This document shows, one piece after another, positions 8,407-15,897 of a stretch of 16,897 nucleotides of DNA. This stretch comes from Rhodothermales bacterium (GTDB taxonomy: Bacteria > Bacteroidota > Rhodothermia > Rhodothermales > VXPQ01). The translations under genes were made by a program, and so were the position numbers. The DNA lies in assembly GCA_040904565.1 (NCBI GenBank), contig JBBDTI010000079.1, positions 1 through 16,897 on the forward strand, in the 5' to 3' direction. The notes below the pieces were generated by a model. That model was not told the DNA's origin. It saw nothing but the letters and a program-made list of their open reading frames with translations, and did no database searches. Each line of letters opens with the position of its first letter. Positions within the stretch are counted from its first letter, which is position 1.

Positions 8407-8617
8407 GTCGAACAGTGCGCGAGGGAGCTGTGGACCGGCGTTATGCCGGGGGTGCAAGCGTCTCCCACAGAGGAGGTGTCGTACCGCGTCGTATGGTCCT
8501 CAACCGTGACGGGCTTGTCGCCGTCACTGAAACCACGAAGCTCCTGCGGCTTATTAGTGCCCCGCCGCAAAATCGACGCGTTGAATAATCCCAACCGCGG
8601 AATCTGCTTCCGCATCT

Positions 8618-10312
8618 ATGAAAGATTACCTGAAACGAGAGCTCCTCGCCGTGCTCGCCGGCTTCGACGGTGTGCCGGCCGACTTCGAACCGGATTTTGA
8701 GAAGCCGAACAACCCGGATCATGGTGACCTGGCGACGAATGCGGCGATGCGGCTGGCACGTCATCTCAAGCGGTCACCGCGCGGCATAGCCGACGACCTG
8801 GCCGCTGCGCTGCGCGACCGGCCCCTCGACCCGAAGAGGGTGGCATCCGTCGAAGTTGCCGGAGCGGGATTCCTGAACTTCCGGTTTGCGGAGGCCTATC
8901 TGGCGGCCGGCGTGGCGGAGCTTCTGGAAGCCGGTGCGGCGTTCGGCCGATCTACGGCGGGTAAAGGGCGAAAGGCAATTGTCGAGTACGTCAGCGCAAA
9001 TCCAACCGGACCGCTCACCGTAGGCCACGGTCGCAACGCCGTCCTCGGCGACACGATCGCAACCCTGCTCGACTGGACGGGCTACGACGTCACGCGGGAA
9101 TACTACTTCAACGACGCCGGGCGGCAGATGCGCGTCCTGGGTGAATCCGTCCGCGCTCGCTACCGGGCGATCGCCGATTCGGACGCGCCGCGGAAGCAGC
9201 TCGAAGTGGGAGAAAATGAATGGGCGGACGTTCCCGAATCGTTTCCCGACGACGGGTATCTGGGTGAGTATATCACGGATATCGCACGGAAGCTCTTCGA
9301 CGAAGAGGGTGACGACCTGGATACGGTGGATGACGTTGCCGTCTTCAAACAGGCGGCGGAAGAATCCATCTTCGACGATATCGAGCGTACGATGCGGCGT
9401 CTCGGCATCGAGATGGACTCCTTTTTCAACGAGCAGAGCCTGTACGAAGATGAGCGCGTGTGGGCGACGCTGGACCAGCTCCGTGAACGCGGATACATCT
9501 ACGAGAAGGACGGCGCCGTCTGGTTCAAGACGACGGAGTTCGGCAAGGAGCAGGACACGGTGCTCGTGAAGAGTTCGGGCGAGCCGACCTACCGCCTGCC
9601 CGACATCGCCTATCACGTTACCAAGTTCGAGCGCGGTTTCGACCGGATCGTCGACGTCTTCGGCGCGGACCACATCGCCACCTATCCGGACGTGCTCGAG
9701 GGGCTGCGCGTCCTCGGCTACGATAGCAGCAAGGTAGACGTCGTGATCTACCAGTTCGTTACGCTGGTTCGCAGCGGTGCACCGGTTAAGATGAGCACGC
9801 GGAAGGCGACGTATGTCACGCTCGACGAGCTGATGGACGAGGTGGGGGAGGATGTGACGCGCTTTTTCTTCCTCATGCGGTCGCCGAACACGCACCTCGA
9901 GTTCGATCTCGACCTGGCAAAGGAAGCCGGGGAGAAGAATCCCGTATTCTATCTGCAGTACGCGCATGCACGGATCTGTTCGATTCTGGAAAAGGCCGAC
10001 GAGGTGGGTTTCGAATTCCGCGACGACGCCGATATGTCGCTTCTGGAACACGAAGCGGAGATCGCGTTGATGAAGGAGCTGCTTCGCCTGCCCGAGATTC
10101 TCGAGCGGGCGGCGGAGGCGCGCGAGGCGCACCAGGTCGCCAATTACCTTCGTGACGTGGCCGTAGCCTTCACGCAGTTTTACGGGCACTGCCGTATTAT
10201 CGGCGAAGAAGCCGACATAGCGACGGCGCGGATGGCGCTTGCCCGAGCGACGCGTATCGTGCTGGCCAACGGGCTGCGCGTGCTGGGGATTTCCGCTCCG
10301 GAGCAGATGTGA
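8618..10312 (+). CDS. argS: Arginine--tRNA ligase
   Basis: HGDLATNAAM and GAGFLNF in the N-terminal domain; VEYVSANPTGPLTVGHGRNA (HIGH region); GADH; KMSTR (KMSKS equivalent); NPVFYLQYAHARICSI; C-terminal LGISAPEQM. Confidence 0.98.
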   Translation: MKDYLKRELLAVLAGFDGVPADFEPDFEKPNNPDHGDLATNAAMRLARHLKRSPRGIADDLAAALRDRPLDPKRVASVEVAGAGFLNFRFAEAYLAAGVAELLEAGAAFGRSTAGKGRKAIVEYVSANPTGPLTVGHGRNAVLGDTIATLLDWTGYDVTREYYFNDAGRQMRVLGESVRARYRAIADSDAPRKQLEVGENEWADVPESFPDDGYLGEYITDIARKLFDEEGDDLDTVDDVAVFKQAAEESIFDDIERTMRRLGIEMDSFFNEQSLYEDERVWATLDQLRERGYIYEKDGAVWFKTTEFGKEQDTVLVKSSGEPTYRLPDIAYHVTKFERGFDRIVDVFGADHIATYPDVLEGLRVLGYDSSKVDVVIYQFVTLVRSGAPVKMSTRKATYVTLDELMDEVGEDVTRFFFLMRSPNTHLEFDLDLAKEAGEKNPVFYLQYAHARICSILEKADEVGFEFRDDADMSLLEHEAEIALMKELLRLPEILERAAEAREAHQVANYLRDVAVAFTQFYGHCRIIGEEADIATARMALARATRIVLANGLRVLGISAPEQM

Positions 10313-10332
10313 TGATAGCCGCAACCGGGTCG

Positions 10333-11178
10333 ATGAGAATTGCTTTCCAAGGGGAGACGGGTGCCTTCAGCGAAGAAGCCGTTCGCGCGCTTTTCGCCGA
10401 CGCGGAGCCCGTGCCCTGCCAGGAGTTCGCCGACGTGTTCGAGGCCGTGGAGCACGGTGACGTGGCGCGTGCGGTGATTCCCATCGAGAACTCCCTCTTC
10501 GGCAGCGTCCACGCCAATTACGACCTGCTGCGGACGCACGATTTGTCTATCGTGGACGAACTGCAGCTGCGTATTCGTCACCATCTCATGGCGCCGAAGG
10601 GAGCGGCGATGGAGGGCATCCGGATGGTGTTCTCGCACCCTCAGGCTCTCGGTCAGTGCCAGGAATTCCTGAAGAGCAGGCTTCCTTCGGCCGAAATCGT
10701 GCCGGCTTACGACACGGCGGGTGCGGCGAAGCGCGTGGCGAGCGACGGCCGAACGGACGAGGCCGCGATTGCGAGCGAGCACGCGGCCGTCGAATACGGG
10801 TTGGACATTCTCGAGTCGGGCATCGAAAGCAATCACCAGAACTACACGCGCTTTCTCGCGCTATCTCTCGAAGATGAAATGCCGGAGCGCCGGGACGCGG
10901 CACGCGAAGATTGGAAGACGTCCATCGTCTATTCGATGCGGCACAACGTTCCCGGTGCGTTGTTCAAGAGTCTCGCCGTGTTTGCCTTGCGCGATCTCGA
11001 TCTGTTCAAGATCGAAAGCCGCCCGCTCGTGGGCAGCCCGGGTAATTACCTGTTCTATCTCGACGTGCAGGGCGCGGCGGTCGACGCCCCCGTCGAAAAG
11101 GCGCTCGATCACCTCAAAGAGATCGCGTCGTATCTAAAAGTTCTCGGATCGTATCAGCGTGGGGCAAGTGTAGAGTAA
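10333..11178 (+). CDS. pheA: Prephenate dehydratase (PDT + ACT domain, no chorismate mutase domain)
   Basis: MRIAFQGETGAFSEEA, PIENS, SHPQALGQC, DTAGAA, NYTRF, and ACT-domain PGAL...KIESRP...YLFYLD...LGSY. The ATG at 10333 matches the usual family N-terminus; alternative in-frame starts at 10309 and 10312 overlap the argS stop. Confidence 0.95.
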   Translation: MRIAFQGETGAFSEEAVRALFADAEPVPCQEFADVFEAVEHGDVARAVIPIENSLFGSVHANYDLLRTHDLSIVDELQLRIRHHLMAPKGAAMEGIRMVFSHPQALGQCQEFLKSRLPSAEIVPAYDTAGAAKRVASDGRTDEAAIASEHAAVEYGLDILESGIESNHQNYTRFLALSLEDEMPERRDAAREDWKTSIVYSMRHNVPGALFKSLAVFALRDLDLFKIESRPLVGSPGNYLFYLDVQGAAVDAPVEKALDHLKEIASYLKVLGSYQRGASVE

Positions 11179-11181
11179 GCC

Positions 11182-12063
11182 GTGTCGATACCCTACAGCA
11201 TCAAGGAAGGACTCGCCGGATTTCGACGGGCGAAGTTCGCCGCCTTCGCCTCGACGAGCGCCATGACCGTGGCGCTGGTCCTCATCGGCCTTTTCGGCGT
11301 GCTCAGCTATGAGGCGCAGCAAGTATCTACATGGCTGCGGCAGCGGGTCGGGGAGCTCGAGATGTTTATGGATGAATCCGTGGAGGAGCGGACCGCCGAG
11401 GCCCTGCATCTCCGGGCGTCTGCCATGCCGGGTGTGGCGGAAGCGGAATACGTATCCAAACGCCAGGCGCAGGCCATTTTTCAGGAAGAGTTCGGAGAGG
11501 GTGCGGAGGTGTTTCTCGACGAACCGTTTCTGCCGGCGTCCATCAAGGTGCGGGTAGAGCCGTCGTATGCGAATGCCGATAGCCTGACCGTACTGGCGCA
11601 GGAGCTTTCGACCTGGAATCGGGTCGATGAGGTCGTCTTTAACCAGCCGTTGCTCGTCAAGGTACAGCAAAACCTTCGGTTGCTGACCATGGCCGGACTG
11701 CTGCTGGGCGTCATCGTGGTTCTCGCTTCCGTGTTTCTGGTGGGGAACACGATTCGTCTTACGATCTACGCGCGGCGGCTGCTGATACGCACAATGAAAC
11801 TGGTAGGCGCGACGGACAGCTTCATCCGGCGGCCGTTCATCGTAGAAGGGATGGCGCAGGGGTTTACGGCCGGTGTTTTATCGGCGATGGTCCTCTGGGG
11901 CTTTCAAGCGCTCATCGGAGGCTATCTACCGCAGTTTGGTGCCTCGTCGTCCACCGTAGCCCTAACGTCGGCCGTAAGTCTTCTGGGTGGTGGACTACTG
12001 CTCGGCTGGCTGGGATCCTATTTCGCCGTGCGGCGCTTCATCCAAAACGTGGCGCTGCATTGA
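11182..12063 (+). CDS. ftsX: Cell division ABC-type permease FtsX
   Basis: GTG start; TM1, large periplasmic loop (YVSKRQA, PFLPASIKV) and three further TMs; signature VGNTIRLTIYARRLLIRTMKLVGATDSFIRRPFIVEG. Confidence 0.93.
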   Translation: MSIPYSIKEGLAGFRRAKFAAFASTSAMTVALVLIGLFGVLSYEAQQVSTWLRQRVGELEMFMDESVEERTAEALHLRASAMPGVAEAEYVSKRQAQAIFQEEFGEGAEVFLDEPFLPASIKVRVEPSYANADSLTVLAQELSTWNRVDEVVFNQPLLVKVQQNLRLLTMAGLLLGVIVVLASVFLVGNTIRLTIYARRLLIRTMKLVGATDSFIRRPFIVEGMAQGFTAGVLSAMVLWGFQALIGGYLPQFGASSSTVALTSAVSLLGGGLLLGWLGSYFAVRRFIQNVALH

Positions 12064-12112
12064 GCGGCGTGGCTGCGCGCCGAAGGATCGATCGTTCGCC
12101 CCCTGGCGATCA

Positions 12113-12141
12113 TTGACTTTACATACATGTGCTGGTAGATT
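12113..12141 (+). promoter_or_regulatory. Sigma70-type promoter for the GGDEF-like/deoB unit
   Basis: TTGACT (12113-12118), exactly 17 nt, TAGATT (12136-12141), with an extended -10 TG at 12133-12134, in an AT-rich intergenic patch. Confidence 0.65.
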
Positions 12142-12149
12142 AAATAGCT

Positions 12150-12170
12150 GTATCTTTGACGAAAAGATAC
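12150..12170. promoter_or_regulatory. Perfect inverted repeat GTATCTTT-N5-AAAGATAC; candidate operator or 5' hairpin
   Basis: 8-bp arms at 12150-12157 and 12163-12170, immediately downstream of the predicted transcription start. Confidence 0.45.
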
Positions 12171-12222
12171 ACGTCCCACCCATCCCGATTCCTCTCTTTC
12201 TATCGGCAGCGAACAAGGCGGT

Positions 12223-13608
12223 ATGATCCGCATCCTATTAACGATTGTGGCCCTTGTTGCTGCGATACTTGCGGTGGTCATGGAACGGCCACTGCTGTTT
12301 GTCGCGGCGGGACTCTCGCTTGTCGTTTCGGTTGTGCTGATGGTGATTCGAGTTCAGCGCCGTCGGTCCGGCTATAAACAGACTGTTCCGAGTACGCCGG
12401 ACGCGGAGGGATCCGACGATCTCGCGTCTCTCGGGATTCTGGAAATCCGGCCGCGGCAAAAAGGCGGGTCGGAGGTCGACGGCGAGCGGGCGGGCAGAGA
12501 GATCTCGATAGATGAGGCTCCGCCTGATGGTCCCGGCCGGCAGCCGGACGAGGCGGGCGACGTGGAAACCAGCCTCGCCTCATCCGATTCGAAAGAGGCG
12601 GGCCGGGCCGCCAAGAATGGTGCACGCGAGCGGTCACCCGTTCAGTCGACCATCACGATCAAGGAGCGCGAGCAGATCGTGCGTGCGTCGGTCGACGAAT
12701 CCGCACCAGCCCACTTTCGGGACGTGCTCGTTCCCTACCTTCAGGCGTTTCGCGCGGCCGTCGGAGCCAACACGGTGTGCTTGTTGAAGCAGCCGGACGA
12801 ATCGTCGCACTACCATATTGAGGCGATCGTGAGCCTCAATGCATATGCCCGCAGCAGCGGGACCTTCTCATCCAAGCAGCAGCTCCTGGAGCGGCACGAC
12901 GTTCGTTCCGCTCCGGAGGTTACGCGGGCCTCGGACGGCAACCTGTCGTCTCACGCGCTGGGGTATTATCGCGAATCGATCGCCGTGAAGGAGTTCGCAA
13001 CGGCCGCCGTTCCGCGGCCGACGTCGACGGCGCGATACATCCTGCTGGCCGATGCCATGCGGGAGCACACGCTGGATTCGGACCGAACCCTGTCGTTGAT
13101 CAGCTACTTCGCGCGCCTGCTGGGTGCTGTACTCGATAAGGGGGGGAGCGAGGACGTGCTGGACGATGGTGAAGAGTACGTCCGACCTCGCCGCGAGATC
13201 ATCGGTGAGGAGATACGCCGTGCACGCCGGGATGAAGTCCCACTGGCCCTCGCACTTGTCTATCTCAATAACGCGGAGACGATTGCGGATCTCGGCGAGC
13301 GAGAAATCGCCGGAACGGAACGCCAGCTCGCCGACCGCCTTCGGGAGTCTGCCGGAAAGGCGCGCGTCGAGCGATTCGGCGAGCTCACCTTCGGCGCCTT
13401 TTTCAAAGAGGCGGGGCCCTACGTGGAGCGATGGGCCGTAGGTTTCCAGAACGGCCTCGAGGATGCCGAGGGAAAGCTCGCGGGTGGCGTGAGTATCGGC
13501 ATCGCCCTCCTGGATGAACGGCATGCTGACGCGGATTCGTTTCGACGAGACGCGACGGATGCGCTGCGCGAAGCCTACGAATCGGGTACGTGCACCATCG
13601 TTGAGTAG
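12223..13608 (+). CDS. Membrane-anchored protein with acidic linker, GAF-like domain and degenerate GGDEF domain
   Basis: Two N-terminal hydrophobic helices; low-complexity D/E/G/S-rich linker; GAF-like middle region (GYY...FATAAVP...ILLADA...LISYFARLL). The C-terminus follows the GGDEF fold pattern (EEIRRARR..PLALALVYLNN, VERFGELTFGAF, GVSIGIA, DATDALREA) but the motif reads GELTF. Confidence 0.75.
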   Translation: MIRILLTIVALVAAILAVVMERPLLFVAAGLSLVVSVVLMVIRVQRRRSGYKQTVPSTPDAEGSDDLASLGILEIRPRQKGGSEVDGERAGREISIDEAPPDGPGRQPDEAGDVETSLASSDSKEAGRAAKNGARERSPVQSTITIKEREQIVRASVDESAPAHFRDVLVPYLQAFRAAVGANTVCLLKQPDESSHYHIEAIVSLNAYARSSGTFSSKQQLLERHDVRSAPEVTRASDGNLSSHALGYYRESIAVKEFATAAVPRPTSTARYILLADAMREHTLDSDRTLSLISYFARLLGAVLDKGGSEDVLDDGEEYVRPRREIIGEEIRRARRDEVPLALALVYLNNAETIADLGEREIAGTERQLADRLRESAGKARVERFGELTFGAFFKEAGPYVERWAVGFQNGLEDAEGKLAGGVSIGIALLDERHADADSFRRDATDALREAYESGTCTIVE

Positions 13609-13612
13609 GAGG
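13607..13612 (+). promoter_or_regulatory. Shine-Dalgarno sequence for deoB overlapping the upstream stop codon
   Basis: AGGAGG overlaps the TAG at 13606-13608 and lies 7 nt before the GTG at 13620. Confidence 0.7.
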
Positions 13613-13619
13613 TGCGACC

Positions 13620-14780
13620 GTGTTCGTAACGATCGTGCTCGACGGCGTCGGCATCGGAGCGCAGCCGGATTCTCATCAATATGGAGACGAAGACGCGGAT
13701 ACACTCGGCCACGTCTGTGCCGCGGCACGACCGGCACTTCCCCATCTAGCGGCGCTGGGCCTGGGCCGAATCGCGCACCTCGAGGGTATCGAGCCGGTGC
13801 GAGATCCGTCGGCGGCCTATGGGAAAATGCAGGAGGCCTCCGCCGGCAAGGACAGCACGACGGGACACTGGGAGCTGGCCGGCATCTGTCTGGCCGAGCC
13901 GTTTCCTACCTATCCCAATGGATTCCCGGACGAGCTCATCGATCGTTTCCTCGAGGTAACCGGGTGTTCCGGCGTCCTGGGAAACCGGGTGGCTTCGGGG
14001 ACAGCCGTCATTCAAGACCTGGGTGAGGAGCACGAGCAGACCGGATTTCCGATCGTCTACACGTCAGTCGACAGCGTCTTTCAGGTTGCTGCGCACAAAG
14101 ACGTAATACCGCTGGATCGTCTCTACGACATCTGCCGTCGAACGCGCGAGCAGATATGCGTCGGAAAGCACGACGTGGGACGCGTCATCGCGCGACCGTT
14201 CACGGGATCGGCGGGAGGCTACGAGCGCGTTTCAGGCGAGCGGAAGGATTACTCCCGGATTCCGCCGGCCGTGCCCGTTCAGCAGGTCCTGCAGCGGGCG
14301 GGCGTCCGCACGGTGGCCGTCGGAAAGATCGGTGATCTGTTCGCGGGTGTCGGCTTCGACGACATGCAAAAAACGGCATCCAACGCCGAGGGCGTCGAGG
14401 TAACGCTGCAGCGTATGCGCGGGGGGCGCGGGCGGACGTTCATATGGACGAACCTGGTGGATTTCGACCAGGAATACGGGCATCGCAACGATCCGGTCGG
14501 CTTTGCACGCGCGCTCGAGGCGTTCGATGCGGCGGTACCGTCGCTTCTGGAGGCCTTGCCGTCCGGGGGACGCCTCGTCATAACGGCCGACCACGGTAAC
14601 GATCCCACGACGCCCGGTACCGATCACAGCCGGGAATACGTGCCGCTGCTCGTCTACGGAGGTTCTTCGGGGCATGACCTGGGCGTCCGCGCCTCATTCA
14701 TCGACCATGCGGCGAGTGTGGCGGCCTACTTCGACGTTGCCTTCGATGAGACGCTTGATGCCGGCGCACGACCCTTTTGA
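13620..14780 (+). CDS. deoB: Phosphopentomutase
   Basis: IVLDGVGIG, DTLGH, GKDSTTGHWE, IVYTSVDSVFQVAAH, GRVIARPF, GKIGDLF, NLVDFDQEYGHRND and TADHGNDPT...TDHSREYVP are all DeoB signatures. Confidence 0.96.
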   Translation: MFVTIVLDGVGIGAQPDSHQYGDEDADTLGHVCAAARPALPHLAALGLGRIAHLEGIEPVRDPSAAYGKMQEASAGKDSTTGHWELAGICLAEPFPTYPNGFPDELIDRFLEVTGCSGVLGNRVASGTAVIQDLGEEHEQTGFPIVYTSVDSVFQVAAHKDVIPLDRLYDICRRTREQICVGKHDVGRVIARPFTGSAGGYERVSGERKDYSRIPPAVPVQQVLQRAGVRTVAVGKIGDLFAGVGFDDMQKTASNAEGVEVTLQRMRGGRGRTFIWTNLVDFDQEYGHRNDPVGFARALEAFDAAVPSLLEALPSGGRLVITADHGNDPTTPGTDHSREYVPLLVYGGSSGHDLGVRASFIDHAASVAAYFDVAFDETLDAGARPF

Positions 14781-14813
14781 GGAAGTGCATCCACGCCGAT
14801 CGCCCTCGCCGGT

Positions 14814-14866
14814 CCGCCCCCGTCGATCAACCCAGCCTCGCGCACTATTTCGGGAGATCGGGGCGG
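14814..14866. terminator. Imperfect GC-rich hairpin between the convergent deoB and iolG genes
   Basis: CCGCCC (14814-14819) pairs with GGGCGG (14861-14866) and CGATC (14824-14828) with GATCG (14856-14860), with a 4-nt bulge. No U-tract on either side. Confidence 0.25.
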
Positions 14867-14871
14867 GCGGT

Positions 14872-15894
14872 TCAGGCTCCGGGATCGACCTCACCGAGGC
14901 GTACGGGCCGGTTCTGCTCGAACGACCGCCTGGCCGCCATGCCCATCACGACGGATATGCGTCCGTCTACTCCCGTCACGGGTACGTCCGTCCCGTCGCG
15001 CACGGCCTCCACAAAGGCCTCCATCTCGGTGACGTAGCTTTCCGCATACCGTTCGATGAAGAAATGCAGCGGCGGGTCCCGGCGCAGGCCCTCGGCGCCG
15101 AACCGCTGAACGGCGTTCGGATAGTCGTTGTCGGTTCGCACGCTGCCCAGGCTTCCGAAGACCTCCGCCCGCTGATCGTATCCATATACGGCCTGGCGGC
15201 TGTTGTCGATCGTTCCGATGGTCCCGTCGGCAAAGCGGAGCGTCAGCACGGCCGTATCGACGTCGCCCGCCTCCCCGATGGCGGGGTCGACGCGGACGGC
15301 CGCCGCGGCGAAGACCTCCTCGACCTCGGAGCCGACGAGAAAGCGGGCCATATCGAAGTCGTGAATCGTCATGTCGACGAACATGCCGCCGGATCGTCGG
15401 ACGTATTCGATGGGTGGGGGGGACGGATCCCGGCTGATGATATGAAGGAGGTGCGGCGTGCCGATCTCGCCGTCGGCGACCGCGTCACGGATGCGTCTGA
15501 AATTGGCGTCGAAGCGACGGTTGTACCCGATCTGCAGCTGCACGCCGTTGCGGCGGACGCTGTCGAGCGCCCGATCGATGTCGACAAGATCCAGAGAGAT
15601 CGGCTTCTCGCAAAACACGTGCTTGCCCGCCTCGGCGGCCGCCTCGATGATCTCGGCATGCGTATCGGTCGACGAGCAGATCACGACGGCGTCGATCCCC
15701 GCATCGTCGACCACGTCGCGATACGTCGACGCGAATGCCGCCCCGATATCGTCGGCGCAGCTGCGCGCGGCCTTGACATTCACGTCGGCCACGACGTGAA
15801 CGCGGGCGCCCGGAATCCGATGCGTAATGTTCGCGGCGTGAACGCGTCCGATGCGTCCCGCCCCGATGAGTCCGATCGACAGGCTGGTGTCCAC
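14872..15894 (-). CDS. iolG: Inositol 2-dehydrogenase (Gfo/Idh/MocA family)
   Basis: GTG start; Rossmann GLIGAGRIG, VFCEKP, GYNRRFD, SRDP, SGGMFVDMTIHDFDMARF and NSRQAVYGYDQRAEVFG are typical of the IolG clade. Adjacent to an iolE-like gene. Confidence 0.92.
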   Translation of the reverse strand: MDTSLSIGLIGAGRIGRVHAANITHRIPGARVHVVADVNVKAARSCADDIGAAFASTYRDVVDDAGIDAVVICSSTDTHAEIIEAAAEAGKHVFCEKPISLDLVDIDRALDSVRRNGVQLQIGYNRRFDANFRRIRDAVADGEIGTPHLLHIISRDPSPPPIEYVRRSGGMFVDMTIHDFDMARFLVGSEVEEVFAAAAVRVDPAIGEAGDVDTAVLTLRFADGTIGTIDNSRQAVYGYDQRAEVFGSLGSVRTDNDYPNAVQRFGAEGLRRDPPLHFFIERYAESYVTEMEAFVEAVRDGTDVPVTGVDGRISVVMGMAARRSFEQNRPVRLGEVDPGA

Positions 15895-15897
15895 GTC

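Noticed and set aside
10310-10318. Triple in-frame stop TGA-TGA-TAG after argS (also TAA-TGA after the Omp85-family gene)
   Set aside because: Tandem stops are common backup signals and give no evidence of recoding. I see no SECIS-like context.
8774-10324. 516-aa minus-strand ORF
   Set aside because: Antisense shadow of argS.
12868-13737. 289-aa minus-strand ORF, and the other short ORFs overlapping assigned genes
   Set aside because: They overlap well-supported genes on the opposite strand or in another frame and look like GC-rich noise.
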